Positions 14,065 through 27,600 of a stretch of 64,000 nucleotides of DNA are shown in pieces. Numbering within the stretch: the stretch's first letter is position 1; each line of letters starts with the position of its first letter. The DNA is from Phoronis australis (lineage: Eukaryota > Animalia > Phoronida), in contig NMRA01000144.1 of NCBI GenBank assembly GCA_002633005.1, positions 650,861-714,860 of the forward strand. The letters are read 5' to 3'. The notes beneath the pieces are model-generated. The model made no database searches, had not been told where the DNA came from, and saw only the letters and a list, made by a program, of their open reading frames with translations. A program made the translations under genes and the position numbers.

Positions 14065-15024
14065 TTAATGGCCATAACAAAAAACGTCATTTTTCGTAAA
14101 TATTAGAAAACACCCGAGCCTGTAGAAGTTAAGACAATCTCCTTGAAAAATTACAAATTAAAAAAAAACGAGTCCTGGTGTATTTATAAATGTCCAAGCA
14201 TGATTTACGTGTATGTAATACATTTCTAAGATTAATAAAAATATATTTTTTATAGGCTGAACCGGAGTATTCAAAATTATATTTGAAGAAATGTGACAAA
14301 TGTAAAAAAGGTAGGCAGTTAACTGCTTTGACGTTAATTTATTATACAATATAAGATAATATGTGATAGTAAACCAGGCTCTTTATTATAAAAATAATTT
14401 TAAATCACTGGAAGTTTTAAAGATATTTAAACAACCAACAGAAACTTGCAGAATCTTATAAGGAATTTGAAAAGAAAACTATTTTACAGATTAAAATTCA
14501 GTAGACAGAATAAATTCAATGTATAAATCTAAAAACAGGAAAATTAAGACAACATACATCAATTTTGATACTAAAGTTTCCTTTAAAAATTCTTAGCAAG
14601 AATCTAAAATACCTGTATCACTCAAATGGCTGTTTTCTTAGCACATACAAATGCAGGCTGGCCTAAATATTCAACTCTTACTTGCATAAACAATAATTGG
14701 TAAAATGGACATTTCTGGTTTTTCAATGGCTAACTACAATGTTAAAGATGATGAAAAATTTACCAAATGTGATTTTGTCACAGTAATATACACAGAGCAG
14801 ATTGTGTTATAAATTAAATAGAATTTCTTAATGCCGGGTCCATATTTGTTGAGAAATTACATAACAAAATAAATTGTGTTGGCCATATTGTGTGATAAAT
14901 GGGTGAATTGCCCTACCCTTGTGTACTTTTATATCATTTTATTACACTTAATGTGAATTTAACCAGCTGACCACCATGTCAGATAAGTGGCTACAGCATG
15001 ACTGCCAACACACAGGCACCAACC

Positions 15025-15053
15025 CACGCACACACACGCACGCACACACACAG

Positions 15054-15082
<29 letters not shown>
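15025..15082. repeat. (CA)n microsatellite, imperfect
   Basis: Directly visible. Confidence 0.95.
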
Positions 15083-15085
<3 letters not shown>

Positions 15086-15105
15086 CTAGAGCCGGATTTC
15101 AGCTA

Positions 15106-15345
15106 TGGGAAAATTGCCCCAATTTCAGACAAAAATAATGACCAAAATTACCCTTTTTCTGCCTTCTAACAGTGTTGTGAATGCCCACAATTTTTCAAAA
15201 TATTTTCTGATGGTAGTTATTGGAACAGAATTAAAGTGTGATAAAACATTAAGATGATGCCACGCATCTTTTATTAAAAAATGAGTAAATACAATTTCAC
15301 TTGTCTGCCATAGTGTGTTGAACTAAATTGGTGAGATTTTTATTG
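15106..15345 (+). mobile_element. Tc1/mariner-type MITE family A
   Basis: CAAAAATAATGACCAAAATTACCCTTTT ... AATTTCACTTGTC ... AATTGGTGAGATTTTTATTG|TA. Confidence 0.7.
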
Positions 15346-16753
15346 TACACAGTTTACACAAATCGCTATTTGCTGATCTACCACTTTTTCAGGGTAGGTC
15401 ACTGAATGCCACTAGTCTTTGAACTTTGTTACTTGCTGTAGCAGATTGTGTATTAGTGAGAACCCCTTATCACCACCGATGATAAGTAATGCTGCTAAAA
15501 AGGCAAACAAAGCAGACTCTACCTCAGTTATTACCACACTACATTTTCATTAAAGGGCTTTAACTCAGTTTTCCAAAATACCGTAAAGCAGTTGTATTAC
15601 CGCATTGACTAACTAATAAAATCTTTGAATAACCAAGAATTTAGTTTGAAAATGTTGATGTTGAGTTTTTGTTATTTTGGCTTTTGGTAATACCAAGCAA
15701 CATCAAATTTCACAATGATGTCATACCCTTAACAACAAGCAAACCCAAGTGCAGACGTTAGGTGTGACTTAATTTTTTCAAAATGTCAGTTTTGAAATTT
15801 ATTCAAGATCAAACTTCTCATCTCAAATTGTTCTAATCAAAAAAACTACTCAACAACATAACATAACCTCCACTTAGTGAAATGCTGGCAGCGGGTAATC
15901 ATGATTTTGAAATTGGCACACTTTTGAGATCGAATTGTGCATTCTTATGTGACACTGAGCTGAAATAGCTTTAAAAAACCCTCTATTTCTTATTTCATAG
16001 AATATGCCATGGGCATAATAAAAGAAATATTCAACCTTTTGAGCAGTAGCCAAAACGCTACAATTTGAGGTACTCAACATCCAGACAAAACATTTACTTA
16101 TACCAAGGTAAAAAGTCAGTGAACCGAAAATATAATTAAATTAGTCAAAACATAAAACAGACACCCTACAAATATATCAATCCATTTTCAAAAGGATTTC
16201 AATCATTAATTCAATTAGAGGTGTTTTTACAGTACAAGTCAGAGACCAAAATAAAAACAAGGAAATTATAAAATTCAATGATAAATCAGAAATGTGTTGA
16301 ACCGATTAACGTGTGTTTATCATTAGTTATTTTTCCACTTGTATTTAGCATTGAAATAATGAAATTGATGAAAAAGACCAAAAGAAATTATTTGTAATTT
16401 ATTTCATATTTTTATTTTATGGTTTCTATAACCAGCTGCATTAATATAATCCTAGTTTTCAACTCCAGAAAATAAATGCCGTCTACTTTAAGACACACAC
16501 TTCATGTTATTCACAAATAATTTGCCTTTCAAAATAACCAAATATTATCTATATTGTTTTAAATTTACAAATTATCTGATAACTATGAAAATAATAATTA
16601 AATTTTAGTGTCTGGACCTACAGAATTTTCACCCAGTATGACAAGCGTTGCACCCAGCCAAGCAGAGCAACTGTCTGTCTCAACACCTCACATAACACCA
16701 GTCACTCTTAGTATGTAGCAAATATATCTGTACAGCCCCAAGCAAAGCAGGTA

Positions 16754-16974
16754 CCTAAAAACTATTCACTTTGGGACAATAAATGTCAAATTTCTCAACA
16801 AAAATATCCTTTCAGGAAAATTAACTTTGCTTTTAGCATGGCTTGTATTGGTCGCTATTGCCTAATAACATTTGGTAAAATTGTGAGCAATTACAACATT
16901 GTGGTAAGCCTCTGAAAAACATAAATGTAGCAAGTTCAGCATTCACTTTTGTCCCAAATTGAAGAATTTTCAGG
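16754..16974. mobile_element. TA-flanked MITE with ~35-bp TIRs
   Basis: TA|CCTAAAAACTATTCACTTTGGGACAA ... TTGTCCCAAATTGAAGAATTTTCAGG|TA. Confidence 0.65.
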
Positions 16975-19293
16975 TAACAAATACACACAAAGTTAAACCT
17001 ACAAAAATTAAATTTCAGGTAAGAATCTCATTTTCTGAAATTTGAAATTATTTAAAGCAACAAGACTTAGTTTTGCTAACACATCTGATGATATTTTACT
17101 GATAATATTCTAAATATTGTTCTCATAAAAAATAATAAAAAACTCAGGAAAAGGACCAAAGAAGCTTTTATAAAAACATGAAAATTATTGCGATAATGCA
17201 AACTATAAAAATATGAAATGAAGTAATGTAATTATAAAACAATTTTAACTGAGTACAAAGTATTGCAATCTTATTTGAAGACTGGTATTAATAAAACATA
17301 AAAAATATCTTGTGATTTGTGACACACTTTTCACAATGATGTCAGAAGAATTAGTAAAAATAAAAAGAAATAAATGTGTTATACATTTGAAGTGATTATT
17401 TATTTTTACATTTAATTTCAAATTCCAAAAATATACATATTTACACTGCTTTCAACTTCAAGTAGGTATCAGATAAGTAGGTAAAGTTATAAACAAATTA
17501 AGCACATTCAGGATTTTTAATAAGTGGCAAGTAATCATACCAATAAACAATTAAGACGAAAATTAAAAAATTGATGACTTATAAGCATAAAAATAAAAAC
17601 CTACAGGAAAGTCAACTATTAACAAGACACAGTCAGTTTTAGGGCCAAAATGCATTTTTGGGATTATAGCTAGGTAAGTATTCTTAGCTTTGACCAAAAA
17701 CAGCAAAGTCCATGAGTTTCTGCGATTTTGTTAGAAATGACATATTTCCAACATAGGCTTCCTGTCATTAGGTAAAATTAACTGAAATCGAAGCTAATGG
17801 CCTTAAAAGATAAGTTCGCTTAAAATGCTCAGCTACTTGTGGCATTGGTCTTTACCTCTAGGAACAAATCATTGGGTTCGAATCTGTCGATTTCAGTCTG
17901 GGAACTGATTTCAAATATACAACATTTAGAGTGACATTATCAGCCCCAAAGTTCAAAATTAATTATTTCAAATAAACTTATTGATCTGAACATTTTAAAC
18001 AAACTGAATGCAAAACATGCGGCACCTAAATGAATCAAATTCTTCTGCACCAAACCTGTTTTTAAACACACATTAATAATTATATTCTGTATAGAACATT
18101 GAATGTTCATATCTGCTGTTTACAATACACCAGCCAGTTCAAAACTGAACCATTTCTCCTCAGATTTACTTTATTTTAATTCACTGTCTCCAGCACTAAA
18201 GCAATGCCATCAATCACGGACAATAAGTGCTGAAAATATTACTCGTAAAAACAGTTACCTTAATAATGATCTGACAACAAATTAACAGAAAAAATCATAA
18301 AGCAATGTTTCTAGTACCATGTAAACGAAAAGTCACTATATCTGTACACAACTGTAAATATACCAAGTGACTTAATATTGGAAAAGACACTAAATGACTT
18401 TGGAATATCTAATACGAAATGACTTGACCTTACACAAAATTCTCTGTGGGGTATGTATAACAGTTATGTAATTCAAGTCCATTTACTGCACTATAGAACA
18501 TTATAATGGAAAATAGTAATTTCCAATTTAACAACTAACATGTGCACAATCCATCCACAACTTCCATATGGTAGCAAACAAGTGAATACGAACGAAAAAA
18601 AGTAATAAAATGGCAAATGCTTATTATTCTAAACAAATAAAACCATCATTAGATTCATCTCATGCCATTATAGTATAACAAAAACATAAAATACTGTTTA
18701 AATTTAACCAGTAATAAATTACTATTAACCTTCAAGGCACATTTTAGAATTTCCCACTGTCAGTTACAAAAACAATTAAAATGATATTTAAATCTCGTGG
18801 TTAAAAATCTTATTTAGAAACATCTTGAAAAGGATTATGAATAGTGAAAAGACCTCATAAAATTGATTAGCTTGCTGTTGGTTAAAAATATAATACCTCG
18901 TAGCCAGAAGGAATTTAATAACACGAAAGAAAATTGGAAATACGATCACTTGTAAGTTCATTAATGTGATACAAAATTAACCAGATTTTTTGTGACTCGT
19001 CAGTCACTGAACTTAATTGTTTTGTCTGGAAAATCACTGAGAAAACAGACAAATAAAATGTGCTTTGTCACCCGATTCTTCGACTTGCAACTGGAAAAAA
19101 GAGATGTTCAAAATTAAAGGCGAAAAAAATTAAATATCGCAAAAAATAAAATGCCATAAAATCAATCATGTACAGGACAACTGAAAACTGACCTTCACAA
19201 AGCAGAACAAATATTGTAAAATTAATTTTGATCAAACCACAACAGAATGAGGACAAAACAGATGAAAAATTAATAAAAATCACCAGTTGCTTG

Positions 19294-19534
19294 CAGTCAA
19301 ATCTCACCAACTTCGGTCAGAAGTAATTGCGAGAATTACCCTTTTTCGTTTTCAAGGTTTTCTGACATTGTAGTGAATGCCCAAATTTTTTCAAAATATT
19401 TGGTGATAGTACGTAACTATGGCACAGGACTCAAATGCATTTCTTTTGATGCTACATATCTTTTATGAAAATATTAAGAAAATTAAATTTCACTTGTCTA
19501 GTATAACGAGTCCTACAATGGTAAAGTTTTATGG
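19294..19534 (+). mobile_element. Tc1/mariner-type MITE family A
   Basis: CAGTCAAATCTCACCAA ... GTGAATGCCCAAATTTTTTCAAAATATT ... ATGGTAAAGTTTTATGG|TA. Confidence 0.7.
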
Positions 19535-22500
19535 TAATCTATTTCAACAGGGTGATTTTCCTCATGCAGGTGCATTGCCACATAGTACAAAAATTAGGTG
19601 TCAATATCATGTTCGTTTCAGTTGCCTTGTCATTCAATTGTCTTGCCAAGGAACAGGCCTACTTAGCAAGTGGGTATTATAAAGAAAACAGGAAATAAAA
19701 AAATTAGTTCATTAAGTCAATAAATATGTTAAAAGCTCATGTTAAGCATCTGGATAAAGAGTAGAAAAAAGAGCAACATCAAATTTCCGAAACTTTTGAG
19801 CATTTTAGTGGCAAATGATTAACTAAGAATAATGTGAACTGGCATCTCTTAAATTTCCTGTGTGCTTGTATCTTGAGAATTAGGGCATTATAAAACCCCT
19901 TCAAGTGCAGTTAATAAATGATATATTACACTCGAGAAAAGAAATACATCGATTGAACTGATGCCGTGCCAACTTTGGTTCTCAGCTTGCATAAAAACTA
20001 GAGCAAACATTATATAAGACACAGCTGAGTTGAATTGTTTTCGTATAACAGATCTTAAAGTACAACTTGTGATTACTGAAAGCTATGCAGACACAATACC
20101 TGGCAATTCTAATAAATATGTAAAATAATATAATGTTGATGTTATCAAAGAACACAAATCACAGCGTACCACTTCAAACCTTCTTCTAATGGTGAAATCA
20201 GCAAAAATACCATAAAATACACTCCCAGTAACTCATCAATAAAATTCAAGATATCTTGCACACATGCATCAAACAGCATCTAAAACAAGAGTGACCCCCC
20301 AAGTGATCGCAATGTGAATGAATTGACAAGCCCTTTCAGGCTTACCCAGGGCAGGATTTTTGAGTCAGCTGAAATCAGTTTAAGGAATTAAAATCGTTTG
20401 CTGTTGCACATTAGAATAAAAACATGACGCGGCTAACAATTTAAACAAAGTGACTTCAAACTATGTGGATCAATGGTACAACGTATTTAAGCTAAGCACA
20501 TGTTTTACAAGTGAGATTTAATTACCAGTATTATGCATCACAAACTGAATAAACCATCTCGAAAAACAATGTTTTTAATATTCTTTTTAATTCAAACAGT
20601 ACTGCCCCTTAACGTTCACTCCTATGTCAAGTGCATTCCCCATACATGATAAATCAGACCTTTTATCTTGTGTATCCAAGGGATACCACTGTTGACTAGC
20701 AACCGTTAATTTATTTTAAACTAGATATTGATTTTTTCAACTGCACTATTTTCCCCGTGCAATGCAGATTGTGTCACGTAGCGCCGCAGATTCAGTTTCT
20801 AGAGACGATCGATACTGTGCAATTATAACTCCTGGGTCATAAAAGGATTCGAGCAAACTTGCACCAGCGTAGACATAAAATTCATATTGGCCTCGTTTCT
20901 GATAAAAGATCAGATATTTTTTACACAGCATAAACAGCCTGAGTGTGGAATTATTCATCATAGACAAATGACATGTTTTAGAGACTGAATGTACTGAATG
21001 TGCCAAGTCAGTAACTCGCCATGGCAAACATCATACATTACAAATGAGTTCTGTACAACACAGTTACCATCTTTGCACTCGCACTTCTTCAGACTAAAGT
21101 ACATCAGCTGATTGCTTTTTCATGATTACAAAGCCAGTAGCCTCAGTTATTTTATGTCTACCAAGCTGCCAAGCCATATTTGCCCACAACACAGTGTGTA
21201 TAAGCACCTAATAAACGCAACATAAAATTGAAAATCCAAACACTGAGTAGCATTTGTGTGATTGCGATGACGTTTCTCTGCACTATCACTCTCCGCAGCT
21301 ACAATGGAGATATTTGTCATACTGCTTCTTAGTGTAATGAAAAGAGAATATAGAAGTAGAAAGTATATAACTTTTTGCTTTCAGCCATGCTGTAGAAAGA
21401 AAGGAGATCAACATGAATACACGAGGCGTGCTACACAACAAAGTTTGCAAAAGAATGGTTCTCAGTATTGCCTGTTCACTCAGTGCTGAAAACCGTGGCA
21501 ATCCATTGTGCCACATGATAGGCAAGAAGCTGGCAGTCACCGGGACAGTGGAAGCTGCACACAGTTTTGTTAAGGCTCCAGTACCAAGATGGAACCATGG
21601 TAAGCCACACTACACTGTTTACACTAAGTATGACCATGAACTATTGAGGTCTAAAGTTATTCTGCCATGGTGCTAATTTGAGCAGATATGGACAGTCAGC
21701 AATATGGTTACCATAGACTGCACGCACTATCTACAGGTGACCAACTCGCCACTGTCAAAATGTCACTGTCAAAATTCGTGGGCAAACTTTAAGTTTGACC
21801 ACAACAGGCAATGTCGCACCATGCGCATAAGATGATGGCATTAAGATAAGTGGTGCCTAATGAATCATGACATTTGTTTTTACTTTTCTGCTCCTTTGAT
21901 TGACTAGCTTACTCAAATGGGTGAGTAAAGCGCGTCCAGTTTATAGTCCCTAAGTCGATCCCTGAAATATTCCATCACGACCATTTTATTGTGCCGAGAT
22001 TACAACGTACGACTTGTACTAGGATATTAATCCTATAATACTGTTTGGATCCAAAAACGATCACTGCAAGAAGTGTGCAGTCTACCACACAACTGTTTAG
22101 GGTCACAATAAAAGTTATACTCAGAGGTGTCGCCACCATGTGCATAACGGCAAAGTTGAAACTACCACAGCAATCTATCTAAAGTCTCAAGAATGCAGTG
22201 AAACTTGAATGGGGGTGGGGCTAACCTGAGAAATAAGGCAAGTCAAACAAAGCTTTGATGTGTTACTACTAATGTGATTGTGTTGGGCATGATGGAATGG
22301 AAACAAACATTCCGACCCTATATCCCCAAAATTCATCAGGTTTACAAAATAATCTTGACTGAATACAGTGCTATGGAAATGTGACATAAACATGTATAAA
22401 CACAAGCATATGTTCAATATTGGAATGATGAACGACATAACTGAAAAACAATAAAAAGAAAAAATGTATTCTGCATTAGTTCACCGTGATTTGTCAGGCA

Positions 22501-24001
22501 CTGAAGACACGCTTCAGGCATTACCCTATGAAGGGTGCTCATGACAGAATGTTTTTAGCTATACATTCCTACCGTAAGTGGGTCACGAATTCCAGGCAAC
22601 AACTACTGTGGCGTATGTTAATTAGGGATGGCCAAGTAAAGGTCATCATGTAAACGAAGAACACTAATGTCATGATGCAAGTTGTCATGGTGCGAGTTGC
22701 TTAACTTCAGTTGCATTTACACAACACATCGCAAACTGGATAAACACAGAAGTTGATTACACGAAAAACAACCAGCGCGTGTTCGGATCAACCCCTATGT
22801 ACGCTACTGTACAGGAGCAATAAAAGACGATCCCTTTCGCCCTGTCCCAGTTTGTGTTTAGATGTGTCGTTGATACCGGAGCAACTGATCGCGTGCTTGC
22901 TCTACCTATCAAACCAGTGACAAAAATGGCCGCCACGGTACCAGTTTGCTCCATTTCAGTCATGTTTACACACATACTTGCACCTGATCAGCTGTTCCAT
23001 GTCAGTTGCTCCCATGTCAGGTTCACCTCATGTAAATGTGACTCTATAACCAAGTTTAGATAAGAAAAACTAAAACACCAAAAGTTCTGAAAAATGTAAG
23101 GTTATGATACCCTAGTTATGAAATGACAATGAATTGCCGGGTAAAGCATACAGATAGGAAAAACAGTCAATTCCAATGACTAAAAAACCTGTCTCTGCTG
23201 CTGAAGGAGTTGGCATACACAAAATGAATCCTAGCACTACCTGATACCATGAGGCGCTTCCATAATGAAATTAAACCTGGCAGTGTGAAGTCTAAAGAAT
23301 GTACTTTTGACTAATTGGGTGAAAACAACAGTATTTCTGGACGCGCATAGGTATTTTCTCGACTATGGAAAGAAAGATAAAAAATTCCCTGCAACTGTTA
23401 TCATCAAAAGAGGATCAATATTCTTCACAAATGCTTGTCACCTGACTGTTGGTGGACATTGTTCATTTTTGCACCTACTAGCTTTCGGCACTCCAAACCA
23501 GACACATTTGATCCAATGGCATCAGTTGTTATTACTTGGAAAATATTTGTGGTTTGGTTCTTGTTGGACACCCTCTTAAATTCAGTAATTATTTCAAGCC
23601 AATGAAAATCCCTCTCCATGCCGCACAAAATCTTTAGAGAAATGAACGTGAGAAATAAACATGATTTTAGCTTATATTGTGTGTAGAAAAAAATGACAAA
23701 GACAATGTTGTCCCTCATCCATAGTTATGCATTCAAAGATACTCAAAAAAGTTATACACACTGACTAACATCCATGATCTTGCACCATCAAATGCCCAAC
23801 TTTAACTCATGTGATCTGCAGTCTGTTGTGACTTGGGGAGTTACACAAGCAAGACATTGAAAATGGATCAAGCTGGCAGTTAACTTCATTACTCAGTAAG
23901 CTTTCTGATATTTGAATAACTCTGGGACCAGAAAGAAAACAGCAACTACACATACAAATACAGACACTTGGACGGTATTATACAGACATTGTGAAACAAC
24001 T

Positions 24002-24016
24002 GTTGCCTATGGCAAC
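24002..24016. promoter_or_regulatory. RFX X-box motif GTTGCCTATGGCAAC
   Basis: Perfect palindromic match to the RFX consensus; function untested. Confidence 0.45.
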
Positions 24017-24599
24017 ACTGAGCACACTTTACCTCAGAAGGCTTCAAAATACAGTTGAAAATGAAAACATTCACTTATCAATGTAATCAATAATTCACAA
24101 GCATGATTATCTGAAGTGAAAATTTGGCAAGATTTCAATCAAACAAAATGGAAATTTGTAATGAATGAAGAAGATTGGGGCCATAAACTACGTTGGTTTG
24201 CTCACAACCTGACAGATCTTTTGGACAATGAGTTATGTTTCCTGATGTAATTTTGTGGATCAATAACTCTAGGCAAACACAGGTAATACGTTTTGCACAC
24301 AATGTCAAGGCGAGCAGAATTAGAGGTCACACAGAAACAATTTTCCTTTACGGGAATACCAATGAGTGCAACGTGATAAGTCTATCAAGCTTCTGTGTTT
24401 CACTAATGCAAAACTTTAACACAGAAATTGCACTTTCAAGATCTGGACACCATGCAGTATTCAGCATCTTCATGGTCATTGAATATCGTCATGGTAACTG
24501 AATCAGTAAAAATCATAATGCATGGTGTCCACAAGCAAGATCATATCTCCTGTCTAAATTACAAAACTGCGAAGGACACGCCTTCCATCACAAAAAATA

Positions 24600-24665
24600 A
24601 CTTTTAATTTAGACCACTTACCATTATGAAATTGGTCTCAAATTGTTTCTTGGCCAAATTAGGGA
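24600..24665 (+). repeat. Short dispersed repeat with an inverted copy at ~42935-43005
   Basis: TTTACCATTATGAAATTGGTCTCAAATTGTT versus TTTACCACTATGAAATCGGTCTCAACTTGTT (reverse complement of the 42.9-kb copy). Confidence 0.55.
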
Positions 24666-27600
24666 TGATTTATTACCTTGGCTAAAGCTTAGAGTTGGTT
24701 ATTGCCCCAGACCTCTACAAGATTTCTTCTCATTGTTGATTAGTTTATGCTTGGAGCGTGCTTTCAGGCACTAATGTACAGACAATGTTTTCAAGCCCAT
24801 CAGTTAGGAACAAGTCCAGACCAGTTTTAGAGCAATAAGTAGTCTAATCAAAACTTAGTTTCATTGATGCAATGTGGGTTTATCGACTCTTTAAATAAAA
24901 ATAAACTGCACTGGTGTATGGATAACAGTTGTACAAGAGGCTGTTTAGATTAATAAACTATTTTTGAGAAATGGTCATCTCAAAAAAAAAACTTGTGAAA
25001 TACTGAATCATACACATGACTAATTGTGAAACTGATCCAAACCAATGACCTGAAATCTGACGTATTCGTTCTAAGAATTGCATTGTGAAGAGGCTAAACC
25101 AAACTGAGACCATTTTTCAAGGAGATAGCCTACTAAGTCCAATGGGGTTATATTAGTGAGAATGGACCTGCATTTTCTATTAAGGAATACGTGAGAATAG
25201 TCAGTATCTAATTAAAGACAAAATGAATTAGGGATATACAAGAATGATTCATCAAGGTTAAGCAAAAGGTGTGACACGTTTTATTCACCTTACAACTAGA
25301 GGCAACACTTATGGCCATTCGTTCCCATGATTTTTGTGTTCAAAAGGTCAAGGTCAAGTAATGTTAGGATAGTGATTAATCTGAGGGTTTTTGACATAAT
25401 TCAATTAATGTTGTGGATTTTATTGGCCATGTGCCAATTTTTTTTCATTAAATATCAACCAGACATATAATGACTTGTGTAAAATAATATCAAAAAAATG
25501 TTTCCAAGGATGTCTTTAAAAATAATGCTAAGTTTTTATTTGATTCAAATGTGTACTTACCTAGCTCTTACCACACATACCTGACTTAAGAAAAAATGTT
25601 AATCAGATATTCAACATTAAATATTTAAATATAAAAATGTTTTTCCAAAAATTCTCCTGCTAATTTTCTATGTTTTCACTGCAACCAGTTCCCAAAAAAT
25701 CATATCATATCTTTGTAAATTAATGACACAAATGTATAGTGCATATTAGTAATTTAAAACAAAATACAAAAACAAATACAAATTATGGCTTGCTTTACAT
25801 GATGACATTTCCTTTCTAGAACATTCAAAAGTGGGTGGTTTTGTGTAGATAAATAAATTTGGTCTTAATTCATAATATGTTAACATGGTGCTTCTGTCAG
25901 CAGTGAGGAGGTCAAATTTGTTGTATGGGTTCTTTACCAAAGACCCTAAATTATTAATTGGCTTAGTGTCTGCAGCAGACTTGCCTGGCTACCTGGCCAC
26001 AATACCTGAGCTACTTACACTTGGTCCTAAATATTTAATTGGCTGATTAGATTTCTACCTGACAATCATAACAATTATCACAACTACCACGGTGGTTATC
26101 ACACCTTAATTGTGACAGGGATGATATTTTGTCATCCACCAAACGACACACGCAATCTTCCATGATTGGGAAATGGGGGTTTTCAGTCTTGTGAGTTGGG
26201 AAATGACATGGAATCATTTTGTGAAGGTGTATCTGTGTGTTTACTGGAGCTCACATGAATGTGGCCATTTTGTGAAACAGGAAACTTGTGAAACAACCTT
26301 TTGCAAGACGGGTGTATATAAGCATGTAAGTTATTCATCAAACATAGGCAATGAATAGCCCAGATCAGTTCAAGAGAATCCTAGAGATGCTCAGGCAGCT
26401 AGCATGGATATCACATCAGGCACAGTGTTAAGTATGTGAGAGTAACCATCAGCACGTAGCCAGGTTTGGCCCAATTTTTATTGCATCACCTGATGAAAAA
26501 TAAGTAACATTGCCCATTTTCTGCTAAATAGTTTCATGTAAAACCGTTATTTCAATTATTATTTCTTAGGCAATTCATGATTTCAAAACCAGTGATACTT
26601 CAAGGTAAAAAAGCAAAAACATAGTGTAGACATTGGTGAAGATTTACCTGAACTGCACAATGGATCAGCAACTTGTCCGACTTGGTATTGATTTTTTAAT
26701 GGCAAAGCAGTTAAATTTGATATTTTACAAACAAGCATTGGAAAGGCTTTGAATGGCTATTGGGGACAAACAAAATAAACCTAATGAATAGAAAAACATT
26801 TTGCAATGTCAGCATAGGGAATTGGTGTAGAGGTGGGAATCTACAAATTGCAATACTGTTGTTAACCTTTCAATAAAGGTTACATGAGTACACAACATAG
26901 ATATACTTATGTATGTGAGGAAGTGATAATGTAAATATACTCAATTGGATGGCAGTAACTTAAGGGTCGTACACAAAGCAATGGCCAAAAGTAGAGACAA
27001 CATAAGAGAAATGCTGATTTTATATGGAACAAAATATTATTTCCCAAATAAAAAAACAGTAATTTTGATTTCATACATCTCATGTACTGTAATTATGCTG
27101 GTCACAGCAGAAATAAATTAAGAATAAATATATATAAATATATATTTTTTGTATTATTTAAATGTATACAAGTTCAGCATAACAGAAAGAACTGTAAATG
27201 TGAAGATTTACTCCAACATAATTCTATTTTCATTTAAGCATGGAAGAAAAATATTCCACAGTAATTATAGCACCGATCTTCCTGAAAATAATACTTTCAG
27301 ATATCAAACGAAAAGGTCAAAACATAATTTTGGTATTAATTGCACTTTTTACATTTTATCCAGTAAATCACATTGAAGGTTTTGCATTTACTTTTGTTCA
27401 TTTACTTGCCGTTCAATTAAATGGTTGCATTTCACAGACTTTAAAACAACCGTAAAATACTTGGTACTAACATATTTACATAATTTTATAAATCAATAAA
27501 TCATTAAATGGCGAAAAATTAAAATAAATTATAAAAGCTATAGATATAGTTGTTTCTACTAGTAACAAGATTTTGGACTTGTGTTTTTATATTTGGTTTA

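Noticed and set aside
17825-17890. tRNA gene (GCTCAG ... GGGTTCGAATC boxes)
   Set aside because: No cloverleaf or acceptor stem; at most a decayed SINE head.
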